Notes under the pieces: generated by a model
What the model was told of the DNA's origin: nothing
Databases searched by the model: none
The model's input: only the letters and a program-made list of their open reading frames with translations
Program-made: the position numbers and the translations under genes
Shown: positions 38,414 through 49,877 of the stretch, in pieces
How positions within the stretch are numbered: position 1 is the stretch's first letter
How the letters are laid out: the number at the start of each line of letters is the position of its first letter
Assembly: GCA_041489155.1 (NCBI GenBank)
Contig: JBGPQP010000001.1
Coordinates: forward strand, 64,001-128,000
Reading direction: 5' to 3'
DNA length: 64,000 nucleotides
Source: Candidatus Aenigmatarchaeota archaeon
GTDB lineage: Archaea; Aenigmatarchaeota; Aenigmatarchaeia; QMZP01; QMZT01

Positions 38414-41134
38414 ATGGACATCTCTTCTGATATTCGCTGGCATGAACTTGAAGCAAATGAAGTTCTAAAAAAACTGGGGACGACAACAAAAGGTCTTTCT
38501 GAAAATGAAGCGGAGGCTAGGCTGGCAACATTCGGCTACAATGAACTACAAAAACAGAAAGGCGTGAGCAAGCTCGAAATTTTCGTTTCCCAATTCAAAA
38601 GCATCCTCATAATCATACTTATCGGCGCAACCATTTTCTCGGCGCTTATAGGCGAATTGATTGATGCAATAGCCATAATAACAATAGTTATTTTGAATGC
38701 TATCTTTGGTTTTGTCCAGGAGTACCGCGCAGAAAAGACGATAGAGGCGCTCAAAAAACTCACGTCTCCGGAAGCTATAGTGATGCGCGATGGCAAGGAA
38801 AAAAAAATAGACAGCCGGCTCTTGGTTCCGGGCGACTTGGTTATGCTTGAAGAAGGCAGCCGCATACCTGTCGACATGCGGCTAATCCAGACATCGGAGT
38901 TGAAAATAGACGAGGCCATCCTGACGGGCGAATCATCAGCCGTGACAAAGAACACCGACATATCCAAGGCAGCATCGATCGCAGACAGAAAGAACACGGC
39001 TTACATGGGGACCCTTGTCACGTACGGAAGAGGCACGGGCATCGTTGTCAGCACGGGCATGAAGACCGAGATGGGCAAGATAGCGCATGTGGTGCAGGAA
39101 GAGCAGGAACAGGAAACGCCCTTACAAAAAAAGATTGGCGTCTTCGGAAAGAGACTGGGTCTTTTGATTCTCGTTATATGTGCTTTGGTTATTGTCATAG
39201 GCCTCGTAAGGGAGGGGCCACTCGCAGGACAGCCGCTCACTGAGAAATTGATTATTACGATGGTGATAACCGGTATCGCTCTTGCAGTCGCCGCCATACC
39301 GGAAGGTCTCCCGGCGGTGATGACCATTACCCTCGCGCTCGGTTTACAGAGACTGGCCAAGCGCAATGCCCTCATGCGCAAATTACCGGCGGTTGAGGCG
39401 CTTGGCTCCACCACTGTCATATGCTCGGATAAAACAGGGACCCTGACAAAGAATGAGATGACCATAAGCAGGATATGGTACCCGGATGAATTCGTCGAGG
39501 TAACTGGCGAGGGCTACAAGCCAGAAGGCAAATTCATTTCGGGTGGTAAGGAAGTCGCTGCCAAAACGATTGAGCACGTTTCATTCATGCTCAAAGTCGG
39601 TACGCTGTGCACTAATGCCAATCTGGAAATGAGCGAAAAGGAATTCAACATCCTGGGCGATCCAACGGAAGGAGCGATAGTTGTCGCTGCAAAGAAAATA
39701 GGCCTCGACAAAAAGGAGCTTGATGCGAAATTCAGAAGAATTCATGAGATTCCATTCTCCTCCGAAAGAAAAATGATGACTACCCTGAACCAGCTATCCG
39801 GAAAAAATGCCATGGCCTGCATCAAGGGAGCGACTGAAGTGATAGTGAATCTTTGCGACAAGATACACGTCGACGGCAAGACAACCAAAATGACGCACGA
39901 ATGGAAAGAGAAAATACTCTCAAAAAACATTTCAATGACGGATCAGGCGCTCCGCGTCCTTGCAATCGCATACAAGGAAACTGACGGGCAGGACTACAAA
40001 TCGGCCGAAAAGAATTTGACGTTCCTTGGTTTGGTCGGCATGATCGACCCGCCGAGAGAGGAAGCGATAGAGAGCGTAAAGGTATGCAAGACAGCTGGCA
40101 TACGCGTCGTCATGATAACAGGCGACCATAAGAACACCGCAATCGCAGTCGCCAGAAAACTCGGCCTGCTGGACGAACATGAAAGAGCAATTACCGGGGA
40201 AGAGATGGACAAGATTTCAGATGAAGAACTGGATAAAATAGTCAACGAAGTCGCAGTCTACGCGAGAGTCAACCCTCTCCACAAAGTCAGGATAGTTGAT
40301 GCCCTGAAAAAGAAAGGAGAAATCGTCGCCATGACAGGCGACGGCGTGAACGATGCGCCTGCACTGAAGCGCGCAGGCATAGGCATCGCCATGGGCATAA
40401 AAGGCACGGATGTCTCCAAGGAAGCTTCGGACATGATCCTGCGTGATGATAATTTTTCATCCATAGTAAGCGCCGTATATGAAGGGAGGGCCATATACGA
40501 TAATATTAAAAACTTTATACAGTATCTGCTGTCGAGCAATGTCGGCGAGGTGATGATAGTTTTCTTTGCCCTTCTCATAGGTTTCCAGGACCCGGCGACA
40601 CTCGGGATACTGCTGCCGGTGACGGCAATACAGCTTTTGTGGATAAATCTATTGACAGACGGCCTGCCGGCTCTGGCGCTTGGTGTCGATCCGGCGGCGC
40701 CAGGCATAATGGAAAGGCCGCCGAGGGACCCGAAAGAAGGAATACTCACAAAGGCGATGCTCACCGATATCCTGATTTTCGGCATGATAATGTGTGCAGG
40801 CACGCTCATACTGTTTGATATGAACCTTCCCACAGGCAGAACACATGCAATCACGGTCGCTTTCACGGCAATAGTGATGTTCGAGATGGTGCGAGTCGAA
40901 TCAGTGAGAGCGAAACACAAACTTGGGTTTTTTTCGAACAAAAAACTGATACTAGCAATTGCCTCATCCGTGTTTTTGCAGCTGCTCATTGTCTATACGC
41001 CATTCTTCCAGACCATATTCGAAACAACTGCCATCGGCTTGGCCGATTGGGCGGAAATAATAGCCGTGTCGGTGATAGTATTCTTTACAATGAAGCTGAA
41101 GAGAATTGTTTTCAAAGAAAACGTCTGGGAGTAG
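38414..41134 (+). CDS. P-type ATPase, type II (Ca2+-like)
   Basis: [34 protein letters not shown]. Confidence 0.93.
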   Translation: MDISSDIRWHELEANEVLKKLGTTTKGLSENEAEARLATFGYNELQKQKGVSKLEIFVSQFKSILIIILIGATIFSALIGELIDAIAIITIVILNAIFGFVQEYRAEKTIEALKKLTSPEAIVMRDGKEKKIDSRLLVPGDLVMLEEGSRIPVDMRLIQTSELKIDEAILTGESSAVTKNTDISKAASIADRKNTAYMGTLVTYGRGTGIVVSTGMKTEMGKIAHVVQEEQEQETPLQKKIGVFGKRLGLLILVICALVIVIGLVREGPLAGQPLTEKLIITMVITGIALAVAAIPEGLPAVMTITLALGLQRLAKRNALMRKLPAVEALGSTTVICSDKTGTLTKNEMTISRIWYPDEFVEVTGEGYKPEGKFISGGKEVAAKTIEHVSFMLKVGTLCTNANLEMSEKEFNILGDPTEGAIVVAAKKIGLDKKELDAKFRRIHEIPFSSERKMMTTLNQLSGKNAMACIKGATEVIVNLCDKIHVDGKTTKMTHEWKEKILSKNISMTDQALRVLAIAYKETDGQDYKSAEKNLTFLGLVGMIDPPREEAIESVKVCKTAGIRVVMITGDHKNTAIAVARKLGLLDEHERAITGEEMDKISDEELDKIVNEVAVYARVNPLHKVRIVDALKKKGEIVAMTGDGVNDAPALKRAGIGIAMGIKGTDVSKEASDMILRDDNFSSIVSAVYEGRAIYDNIKNFIQYLLSSNVGEVMIVFFALLIGFQDPATLGILLPVTAIQLLWINLLTDGLPALALGVDPAAPGIMERPPRDPKEGILTKAMLTDILIFGMIMCAGTLILFDMNLPTGRTHAITVAFTAIVMFEMVRVESVRAKHKLGFFSNKKLILAIASSVFLQLLIVYTPFFQTIFETTAIGLADWAEIIAVSVIVFFTMKLKRIVFKENVWE

Positions 41135-41195
41135 CGATGAGAGCAAATTTTAATAGCCGCCAAACCAAAATAAACCAAAGTATCGGGTGTGCTGC

Positions 41196-42203
41196 ATGAT
41201 CACGATGGTTTTCGCAATTCTCGTAGCGTTTTTCACAGTGCTTTTCATAACGCCGTCTATAAAAAAATTTCTGGAAAGATCCGGCATAGCCGGTGTTGAC
41301 CAGCAGAAAAAGGACAAGCCAATAATGGCGACTTCGGCAGGGATACTGGTGATTTGCGGCGTCCTTCTCGGCGGGTTTTTCTTTATAGGCATACACACGT
41401 TTCTGATTCGTATATCACTTAATGCTTCCTATCTTCTGGCTGCCTACTGCTCGATCCTGATCATAACCTTTGTAGGCTTCTTGGACGATATCAATGTTTC
41501 AAAGGCGCCCAAGAAAAACAAGGGCGTTGCCGACATAAGAATCGGCCTGAAACAGTGGCAGAAACCCCTGCTCACGCTGCCTGCTGCCATACCGCTGATG
41601 GCGATAATGGCAGGCACAAAAACAATGGACTTCCCGTTTCTGGGCACGATTGATTTTGGAATAATTTACCCCCTTATAATCGTGCCTACGGCAGTCGTTG
41701 TCATAAGCAACGCTGCCAACATGCTGGCTGGCATGAACGGCCTTGAAGCGGGCCTGGGCATAGTTTCCACGTTCTCGCTTGGCCTTTATACCCTAATGCT
41801 CGGCCGCCTAGAAGCAAGTCTTATAGCCTTTACGCTTTGTTTTTCACTGCTGGCGTTCATTAAATGGAACTGGTTCCCTGCGAAGTTCCTGCCAGGCGAT
41901 TCGCTCACCTATCTCATAGGCGCTTCGCTCGCGTCTATAATCATAATAGGCAACATAGAGAAGTTTGGCCTGATAGTTCTTACACCATGGATAATTGAAG
42001 CATTCTTGAAGCTGCGATCGAAATTAAGGGCCAGAAGCCTTGGCGACCTGCAAAATAACGGAACGCTTTCTGCACCTTACAAAAAGATATATTCGCTCAA
42101 TCATCTCGTCATGAAGATAAAACCGATGAAGGAACGGGAAATCACCGCGATACTTATTTTGTTTGAAGCGCTTGTCTGCCTGCTTGCCTTCATTCTCGTT
42201 TAA
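41196..42203 (+). CDS. Polyprenyl-phosphate GlcNAc-1-phosphate transferase (AglH/DPAGT1/MraY family)
   Basis: GFLDD, NAANMLAGMNGLEAG, NWFPAKFLPGDS. Confidence 0.88.
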   Translation: MITMVFAILVAFFTVLFITPSIKKFLERSGIAGVDQQKKDKPIMATSAGILVICGVLLGGFFFIGIHTFLIRISLNASYLLAAYCSILIITFVGFLDDINVSKAPKKNKGVADIRIGLKQWQKPLLTLPAAIPLMAIMAGTKTMDFPFLGTIDFGIIYPLIIVPTAVVVISNAANMLAGMNGLEAGLGIVSTFSLGLYTLMLGRLEASLIAFTLCFSLLAFIKWNWFPAKFLPGDSLTYLIGASLASIIIIGNIEKFGLIVLTPWIIEAFLKLRSKLRARSLGDLQNNGTLSAPYKKIYSLNHLVMKIKPMKEREITAILILFEALVCLLAFILV

Positions 42204-42248
42204 GCGGCAATTGTATAAAATTCAAAGAAGTCATCCCAAAAAGATAGC

Positions 42249-44567
42249 TTATCTGTCGGCAACGTTTATGTACTGCCCGGTTATTCCCGCAGGGAAGTTT
42301 TCGTATTTGACCTTGTATATCTTTATGCCGAGGTTGTCGTAAACCTTTTCAAAATACTTCTCCATGCCGTTGCCATCAAAAAGGAAAAGCCTTATGAAGA
42401 CGCAGTCTTCGACTGCCTCCGGCACGAACACCACAGCATTGCCTGCAAAATATATCATGCCGGGTATCGAGTTGGGCCTGTCCGTTCTTATTATCTGGTT
42501 CCCTATTCCTATGTCCCTTACGTATGCTTGGCCCTGGGGCATTTTAACAATGGCTGTTATGTTTTTGATCGCCGTATTGTTGCCGTCGCTTGTCATGGAA
42601 TAGGCGACAAGAATTGTCTGGTCGCCGCCGCCGTATTCAAGCAGTATCTTATCGCCTTCCTGATAATTTTTCGTCAGACTGAAAGTCGGGAGGACATCGA
42701 TTTTCTCACCCCAGTTTGCTATCTTTGACATCGCTCCGAATTTGGGTATAAGGTCAGAAGAAACCATAACATAGCTAATAGTATAATTCTTAAGGAAGTT
42801 GAGGCTGCTGTAGGGATCGGCATTTTCGGAAAGGGGCTCCGTATAAAACTTGGCTATGTCCTGGGTTGGCGTCCTGTCGTGGTATCCGCCATCGACGAGC
42901 GTTATTTTCTTGGCTATGTACTGGTACCACCATCCGTAATCCCACCATTCGAGCAGAACTGCGTCTTCAGGTGTATTGTCCCTCAGCCATGTTAACGCCT
43001 GCTCAAAATCTTCAGTCAGCGGGCCGTTTATGTTGTTCGCCATCACCCATGCGCCAGCATAGTTTGTGAAAATCACGACTCCGATGAAGATCCCGCCCGC
43101 TATTTTAAGGTACTGGAATTTCTTCCCCTTCAGAGTCTTTTGTCCCCATGCCAGAACGTAACTGCCGCCCCTCGCGAGGAAATATCCCGCGGATATGGCG
43201 AACGGGAACGAGAAGTGGAATGCAAGCCTTGCGGCACCGATCGCGAGTATCATGAACATTGTATACATTACAACTACCATAACGTATTCCAGATCCCTTT
43301 TCTTGAAGATGAATTCGTAGCACATGAGCAAAATTCCCAGCAGGGAAAAGTATATTGCCGAGAAGTAGATTATGAAGGAGGGCCACTGGTAGAAACTAAC
43401 AGCGTAGCCTGTCCCGAAATTCGACAGCGCCCCGTTCGCGAAGTCGCCCACACTCTGCGATTCAGCGACTGTCGAGGGTATGACGCCAAGCGTCAGGGGG
43501 TTGGCTACCCTTTCCGCTATATCAGAGACCCAGCCTCCCACGTCAACAAACACGTAAGAAGCAATAGCAGTCGCAAAAACCAGGCCTATTACCAGGGCCG
43601 GAATAAGATAAGGCAGATGCTCTTTCTTCACGATGCCGAATCTTTCCGCAACATATCTCATGGCCATAAGACCAATTACAACAAAATTCAAAACGTTACC
43701 CACGTCATTAAGTGGAGGAGCAACAGCAAAGACTCTCGATGCAATCAAATATGTGATAAACATGATCACGTGGGCGAATACCAGGTTTTTGGAATACCTG
43801 TTAAGGAAAAGGAAAATTATCAATGAAGCGCCTATCGCCAGCATAGGTATCCTGATTTGGCCGGATGCGCCGGCCATCATCGCAAAGAAAAATCCTGATA
43901 CCAGCGCATAGGCAATCGTCTTGACAGTATTGGTTTTTTCAGCATCAAACTTCAGCCTGTCAATGACGGAAAAGGGATGCGTCAACAGATAGCTCCATTT
44001 GGTATCTTTTTTGATTTCCCTTTCCTTGAAGGCCTTCACAAAAAAATAAAGGCTCAGTAACATCAGCATGCCCGCAACCGGCTCTTTTTCTATGTAACCT
44101 GCCGAGACCCTGTAGAGCACGCCGGAAGCGCAGCCAAGGAAAGCGGCTGCAAGCAAGCCAACCTTGTTGCTGTTGAACAGCTCCTTTGCGAGGAAGAACA
44201 TGAATAACACCTGTAACGCGCCTAAGAAGGCAGGAGACCATACAGCAACCCAGTACATCGAAACCCCGAAAAGCGGATGGAGCATGAAATACATCATCGG
44301 ATAAATCCACAAGGTGACCACGAAATCCAGGTTCCTGTTGCCGCCACCTGGGATCGTGCCCCATGCTCCAAGATAGTCATGGGTTGGCAGTTCGCCATGT
44401 TCTATTATATACTCGGCCATCCTCAGGAAATAGTGCGTGTCGATTTCGAGGAGCTGGGGATATTCCATTTTCGTCCCCGGAATGAGGCGGAAATAGAATG
44501 ATACAAGGAATATGGCAATGAGCAGGAAAACCCAATAATTTTTCTTAAAGAACTCTTTAATTTCCAT
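42249..44567 (-). CDS. aglB: Oligosaccharyltransferase AglB (STT3)
   Basis: EIDTHY, EKE, TVAE, WWDYG and DLIPK motifs; many TM segments. Confidence 0.92.
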   Translation of the reverse strand: MEIKEFFKKNYWVFLLIAIFLVSFYFRLIPGTKMEYPQLLEIDTHYFLRMAEYIIEHGELPTHDYLGAWGTIPGGGNRNLDFVVTLWIYPMMYFMLHPLFGVSMYWVAVWSPAFLGALQVLFMFFLAKELFNSNKVGLLAAAFLGCASGVLYRVSAGYIEKEPVAGMLMLLSLYFFVKAFKEREIKKDTKWSYLLTHPFSVIDRLKFDAEKTNTVKTIAYALVSGFFFAMMAGASGQIRIPMLAIGASLIIFLFLNRYSKNLVFAHVIMFITYLIASRVFAVAPPLNDVGNVLNFVVIGLMAMRYVAERFGIVKKEHLPYLIPALVIGLVFATAIASYVFVDVGGWVSDIAERVANPLTLGVIPSTVAESQSVGDFANGALSNFGTGYAVSFYQWPSFIIYFSAIYFSLLGILLMCYEFIFKKRDLEYVMVVVMYTMFMILAIGAARLAFHFSFPFAISAGYFLARGGSYVLAWGQKTLKGKKFQYLKIAGGIFIGVVIFTNYAGAWVMANNINGPLTEDFEQALTWLRDNTPEDAVLLEWWDYGWWYQYIAKKITLVDGGYHDRTPTQDIAKFYTEPLSENADPYSSLNFLKNYTISYVMVSSDLIPKFGAMSKIANWGEKIDVLPTFSLTKNYQEGDKILLEYGGGDQTILVAYSMTSDGNNTAIKNITAIVKMPQGQAYVRDIGIGNQIIRTDRPNSIPGMIYFAGNAVVFVPEAVEDCVFIRLFLFDGNGMEKYFEKVYDNLGIKIYKVKYENFPAGITGQYINVADR

Positions 44568-44692
44568 ACATGGTTAAATGCCCGGGGGGTATTTAAAATT
44601 ATCCTCCACGCGTTTCATCGTCTATTGCCGAAGGGCTGTTAAAAGGTTTAAAACCTCTTTCACACGTTTATTTTAATATTCAAGGTTTTTTT

Positions 44693-45736
44693 ATGAAAGT
44701 CGGAATCGTCGGATACGGAGCGTACGTTCCCCAATGGAGAATCAAATCAATGGACATAGCGAAGATCTGGGGCTCCGATTCCGAAAGGCTAAGGTCGCTT
44801 CTGGAAGAAAAAAGCGTTCCGGGCCAGGACGAAGACGCTGCGACAATGGCAGTTGAAGCTAGCAAACGGGCGCTTGCAGTCGCGCATATAGACCCTCTTC
44901 TGATAGGAGCTGTTTACGTGGGAAGCGAAAGCCACCCGTACATCATTAAACCTACAGCATCAATAGTTGCCGAGGCAATAGGGGCGACGCCGGAAATGAC
45001 AGCAGCAGACCTAGAATTCGCATGCAAGGCAGGAACCGCCGGCATCCAGATATGCATGGGCATGGTGGAATCCGGAAGGATAAAATACGGGCTTGCGATA
45101 GGTTCGGACACCGCCCAGGGAAGACCTGGCGACGAGCTTGAATATACCGCTGCCGCCGGCGCAGGAGCATACATAATAGGAAAGGAAAACGTTATAGCCG
45201 AAATCGAGGAAACATATTCGTTCACGACCGACACCCCGGACTTCTGGAGAAGGGAAGGCGAGGATTTCCCAAGGCACGGAGGCAGGTTCACCGGCGAGCC
45301 GGCTTATTTCAAGCATGTAATTGCAGCAACCAATGGCCTGCTCAAAAAGACAGGCAAAACCGTAAATGATTTCGATTATTTCATTTTTCACCAGCCCAAT
45401 ACGAAGTTCCCTCTGGCAGCTGCGAAAATGCTGGGGATACCGCAAGAAAAGGTAATGCGGGGCCTCCTCGTCGCACAGATAGGCAACACGTATTCCGCCG
45501 CAACGCTGATAGGCCTTGCAAGAGTTCTTGACATTGCAAAACCAGGTGACAGGATACTCGCAACGTCGTTCGGTTCCGGCGCAGGCTCCGATTCATTTTC
45601 CATTACCGTGACAAAGCGCATAATCAAGGCAAGAAAAGGGGAAAATGCCGTTGATGAGATGATAAAAACCAAAAGATATCTTGGTTATGCTGAATACGTG
45701 AAGTTCAGGAGAAAGTTAAAAGGCGTGAACTCATGA
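44693..45736 (+). CDS. Hydroxymethylglutaryl-CoA synthase
   Basis: [34 protein letters not shown]. Confidence 0.95.
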   Translation: MKVGIVGYGAYVPQWRIKSMDIAKIWGSDSERLRSLLEEKSVPGQDEDAATMAVEASKRALAVAHIDPLLIGAVYVGSESHPYIIKPTASIVAEAIGATPEMTAADLEFACKAGTAGIQICMGMVESGRIKYGLAIGSDTAQGRPGDELEYTAAAGAGAYIIGKENVIAEIEETYSFTTDTPDFWRREGEDFPRHGGRFTGEPAYFKHVIAATNGLLKKTGKTVNDFDYFIFHQPNTKFPLAAAKMLGIPQEKVMRGLLVAQIGNTYSAATLIGLARVLDIAKPGDRILATSFGSGAGSDSFSITVTKRIIKARKGENAVDEMIKTKRYLGYAEYVKFRRKLKGVNS

Positions 45737-46923
45737 TGAAGTTTAACCAACTTAGACCGGCAAGAGAGGTCGCAATTATAGGGATAGGCCTGACAAAATT
45801 CGGAGAGCACTGGAGCATGGGGCTGAAGGAACTCGCTGTTGAAGCCGGCATAAAAGCAGTCGAAGATGCCGGCATTGCCGGTAATGAGCTGCAGCTTGTT
45901 GTCGGTGGCAACATGTCTGGCGGCCTGTTTGCCGGGCAGGAGCACGGCGCAGGCCTGCTTGCAGACTACCTTGGTCTCAATCCAATACCTGCGATAAGGA
46001 CGGAAGGGGCATGCTCTTCAGGAGGCCTTGCCGTTCGCGTTGGTTACCTCGCAGTCGCCTCAGGCATGTACGATTTCGTGGCAGTCGGCGGCGTGGAAAA
46101 AATGACAGATGTTTACGGGCCCCAGGCAACGACTGCGCTTTCGGGCGCGATGGACTACGAGACAGAAGCCTATTTCGGCGCTACCTTTCCGGGGATATAT
46201 GCGCTCATAGCCAAAAGGCACATGCATGATTTCGGGACGACAAGGCGGCAGCTTTCACTGGTCGCTGTCAAAAACCATGCCAACGCCCTGCACAACCCGT
46301 TCGCCCAATACAGAAATAAAATAACAGCGGAAGACGTTGAAAAATCACCCCTAGTTGCCGACCCGCTGAGACTTCTCGACTGCTCGCCCCTTACGGATGG
46401 CGCTGCAACAATAATTCTTGTCCCGGCAGAAATCGCTAAAAAATACACGGATACGCCCATTTACATAAAGGCTTCTGCCCAGGCATCTGATACCCTGAGC
46501 CTTTTCGCAAGGCGCAATATAACGACCCTGGACGCAACCGTGCATGCAGCAAAGGAAGCATACAGGCAGGCCAGAATTGCATCAAACAAAATTAATCTTG
46601 CAGAAGTTCATGACTGCTTCACGATCGCAGAAATATGCGCTTACGAAGACCTCGGCTTCACGCAGAAAGGAAAGGGAGGAAAAATGATAGAGGAAGGCGA
46701 GACCGAAATAGGAGGCAGGATACCTGTCAATGCGTCAGGCGGCCTTAAGGCAAAGGGTCACCCTGTCGGGGCGACTGGCGTTGCACAGATAGCCGAACTC
46801 ATCATGCAGTTGAGAGGGGAAGCCGGAAAAAGACAGGTGAAAAATGCTGAGGTAGGCCTCGCCCACAACGTAGGAGGTTCGGGGGCAACTGTCACGGTTC
46901 ACATCCTTTCGAACAAGAAATAA
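45733..46923 (+). CDS. Acetoacetyl-CoA thiolase (archaeal)
   Basis: [29 protein letters not shown]. Confidence 0.93.
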   Translation: MMKFNQLRPAREVAIIGIGLTKFGEHWSMGLKELAVEAGIKAVEDAGIAGNELQLVVGGNMSGGLFAGQEHGAGLLADYLGLNPIPAIRTEGACSSGGLAVRVGYLAVASGMYDFVAVGGVEKMTDVYGPQATTALSGAMDYETEAYFGATFPGIYALIAKRHMHDFGTTRRQLSLVAVKNHANALHNPFAQYRNKITAEDVEKSPLVADPLRLLDCSPLTDGAATIILVPAEIAKKYTDTPIYIKASAQASDTLSLFARRNITTLDATVHAAKEAYRQARIASNKINLAEVHDCFTIAEICAYEDLGFTQKGKGGKMIEEGETEIGGRIPVNASGGLKAKGHPVGATGVAQIAELIMQLRGEAGKRQVKNAEVGLAHNVGGSGATVTVHILSNKK

Positions 46924-46936
46924 CACCACCCGGTCG

Positions 46937-47350
46937 ATGAATATGACAAAAGAGTTCGCAGTTCCGTTTCACTGGAGAAGATTCAGGGAAAGATACCAGC
47001 TGATAGGCTCAAGATGCGACCAGTGCAAAAAAGCATTCTACCCGATCCGCGTCATCTGCCCGTACTGCAGGCGGTCGGGCCACATGAAGGATATAAAATT
47101 TTCAGGTTTCGGAAAGGTTTACTCTTATACCATAATCCGTGCGCCTCCCGAGGGGTTCAAGGAATACGTTCCCTACATAATCGCCATAATCGAGCTTGAA
47201 GAGGGCACAAGGATTCTTTCGCAGGTCGTGGACTGCGATTTGAATGATGTCAAAATAGGAATGAAGGTAAAGTCATGCTTCAGAAGGATAAGGAGCGAGA
47301 ACGATACAGGTCTCGTTCTTTACGGTTTCAAATTCAAACCGCATAACTAA
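46937..47350 (+). CDS. DUF35 Zn-ribbon/OB-fold scaffold of the thiolase-HMGS complex
   Basis: CDQC..CPYC, GKVYSYT, YGFKF; follows thiolase. Confidence 0.92.
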   Translation: MNMTKEFAVPFHWRRFRERYQLIGSRCDQCKKAFYPIRVICPYCRRSGHMKDIKFSGFGKVYSYTIIRAPPEGFKEYVPYIIAIIELEEGTRILSQVVDCDLNDVKIGMKVKSCFRRIRSENDTGLVLYGFKFKPHN

Positions 47351-47388
47351 TTTTGCAATGATTTAAAAGATTCAACGCATGATATAAT

Positions 47389-48699
47389 ATGGTAAACATA
47401 CGACCCTTTCGCGGCTACAGGTATAATGAGAACAAGGTCGATATAGGCAAAGCCGTTCTGCCACCTTACGAGCTCACGAACGAAGAATTCAAAAACATCT
47501 TTCTTAAAATTTCAAAACACAACGTGATCAGGATAAACCTCGGCAAGAATCTAGGCAAGAGAAATGGCACATCAAATGGCGACATATATCAGTATTCGGC
47601 AGATCTTTTCAGATCATGGATTAAAAAAGGGTGCCTTAAACAAGATGAAAGGCCCTCGGTTTATGTTTATTCCCAAGAATTCGAATTGTTCGGGAGGAAA
47701 ATAGAAAGGACAGGCTTCAGTTCTCTGGTTGAACTCGAAGAACTTGGCAAAAATATTTTCCCACACGAGGAAACGCTTCAAGACACCATGATAAACAGGA
47801 AAATGCTGCTGGAAAAAACAAGAGCAAATTTGGGCCTTATTTTTTCACTTTATTCGGACCCACAGAAAACAATAGAAAAAATGATTGAAACCGCCAAAAG
47901 GAAACCACCGGTAGCTGATTTTTACACCGAATACGAAGGCGTAAGGCATAAGTTGTGGGCAATAACCGACAAAGAAATGATAGAGAAGATTACAAAGGAA
48001 ATGCAAAACAAAAAACTGCTAATCGCTGATGGGCATCACAGGTACAAAACCTGCCTTAGTTACAGCAGGGACCATCCGCACGACGAGAATGCGAAATACA
48101 CATCCATGATGCTCGTGAACATGAGCAACGAAGGCCTTATGATTCTTCCGACCCACAGACTTGTTAAAGGCATCAAAAATTTCAACAAAGACGATTTTAT
48201 GAAAAAGCTCGGGAAAAATTTTGAGACCGAGACCATAGAATTTGGAGGCGATGAAAACAAAATAAAAGATCTTCTGGGAGTGCTTAACAAAAAAAACGGA
48301 AAGCATTTTGGCATGTACCTGGGTGGTGAAAAATTTTTCATACTTACAGTCAGGACGGAGGACGAACAAATAATGGACAGAGAAAGGGACAGGTTCTCAA
48401 GAAAATGGCGAAGATTGGACATGAATATCCTTCACACGTTGATACTGAGGGACATACTTGGCATTTATACTGAAAAAATGGAGGACCAATGCCACATGGA
48501 GTATGTGAAGGACTTCAGTGACCATGCAAAAAGTTGCATAACTAAAGTAAAAAATGGCGAATGCCAGGCTGCATTTTTTGTCAATCCTATCACAATAGAC
48601 GAAATGAAGGAAATAACACAAAGGGGCGAGATGATACCGCCGAAATCAACCTGTTTTTACCCAAAGGTCTACAGCGGGGTTGTTATGTACAAGTTCTGA
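47389..48699 (+). CDS. DUF1015 family protein (ParB/Srx-like)
   Basis: IRPFRGYRY, PPYE, PHEET, IADGHHRY, ILPTHR, PPKSTCFYPK. Confidence 0.88.
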   Translation: MVNIRPFRGYRYNENKVDIGKAVLPPYELTNEEFKNIFLKISKHNVIRINLGKNLGKRNGTSNGDIYQYSADLFRSWIKKGCLKQDERPSVYVYSQEFELFGRKIERTGFSSLVELEELGKNIFPHEETLQDTMINRKMLLEKTRANLGLIFSLYSDPQKTIEKMIETAKRKPPVADFYTEYEGVRHKLWAITDKEMIEKITKEMQNKKLLIADGHHRYKTCLSYSRDHPHDENAKYTSMMLVNMSNEGLMILPTHRLVKGIKNFNKDDFMKKLGKNFETETIEFGGDENKIKDLLGVLNKKNGKHFGMYLGGEKFFILTVRTEDEQIMDRERDRFSRKWRRLDMNILHTLILRDILGIYTEKMEDQCHMEYVKDFSDHAKSCITKVKNGECQAAFFVNPITIDEMKEITQRGEMIPPKSTCFYPKVYSGVVMYKF

Positions 48700-48791
48700 T
48701 GTGTTGAACACGATGAACGACGAAAAAATCCTTTAACGTTTTTAAGTTTGCAAATCAAACAATTTTCTCGAAGTTTGTGCGGGGTGGTCTG

Positions 48792-49877
48792 ATGAAAAGC
48801 TGGGAAAAACACGTAAAGCTGTTCATACCCGGGCCGGTCGAAGTTTATCCTGACGTTCTGAAAGCCATATCAAAACCGGTCATATGCCACAGAGGCAAGC
48901 CTTTCGAGGATTTGTACGCCGACACAATACCGAAGCTAAAAAAAGTGTTCTACACTAATAATGATGTCTTCCTTTCAACATCCTCAGGCACAGGCGTGTG
49001 GGAAGCATGCGCGAGGAATTGCATAGAGAAGAAGGCCCTGGCCTGTGTTTCAGGAGCGTTTTCAGAAAGCTGGTACAATGTAACATTAGCCAATGGGAAA
49101 TCTGCCGACAAGATAGAGCTCGAATGGGGCAGGGCTTTCAAGCCTGGCATGATAGACGAGAAACTGGCGACGGGAGAATACGATGCCCTGTTGCTTGTTC
49201 ATAATGAAACAAGCACAGGCGTTACAAATCCTATTTATGAAATAGCAAAAGTGATGAAAAAGTATCCGGACGTTCTCTTCCTGGTAGACGCTGTCAGCTC
49301 GCTGGCAGGCATAAAATTAGAGGCGGATAAACTTGGCATAGACGTCTGTCTGGCAAGCGTACAAAAGGCCTTTGCCCTACCTCCGGGTCTCGCGCTCTTC
49401 AGCGTGAGCAAAAAAGCAATGGAGCGCGCGGAAAAAATCAAAAACAGAGGCTATTACTTCGATTTTCTCGTGTTCAAAAAATACGCTGAAAAAAACCAGA
49501 CGCCTTCAACACCAGCAATGCCGCAGATTTACGGATTGAACATGCAGCTTGACAAGATGCTGGCCGAAGGCATGGAAAAGCGTTTTGAACGCCATCGACA
49601 AATGGCGGAATACACTAGGAAATGGGCTCTTGAACGCGGTTTCGAATTGTTCCCTGAAAAAGGTTACGAATCGAACACCCTCACAACCATAAACAACAAC
49701 AAGGGAATCGTTGTGGCAGATCTCATAAAAAAACTCAACGAAAGAGGCATGGCCATAGGCAACGGCTACAAAAAACTAAAGGACATAACCTTCAGGATTG
49801 CTCACATGGGCGACACGCAACTTGACGAAATAAAAGAACTGCTTGAAATTATCGATGAGATTCTCGGAGGCGGCTGA
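48792..49877 (+). CDS. Class V PLP aminotransferase (serine-pyruvate/phosphoserine type)
   Basis: LFIPGPV, HNETSTG, DAVSS, SVQKAFALPPG, FRIAHMG. Confidence 0.9.
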   Translation: MKSWEKHVKLFIPGPVEVYPDVLKAISKPVICHRGKPFEDLYADTIPKLKKVFYTNNDVFLSTSSGTGVWEACARNCIEKKALACVSGAFSESWYNVTLANGKSADKIELEWGRAFKPGMIDEKLATGEYDALLLVHNETSTGVTNPIYEIAKVMKKYPDVLFLVDAVSSLAGIKLEADKLGIDVCLASVQKAFALPPGLALFSVSKKAMERAEKIKNRGYYFDFLVFKKYAEKNQTPSTPAMPQIYGLNMQLDKMLAEGMEKRFERHRQMAEYTRKWALERGFELFPEKGYESNTLTTINNNKGIVVADLIKKLNERGMAIGNGYKKLKDITFRIAHMGDTQLDEIKELLEIIDEILGGG

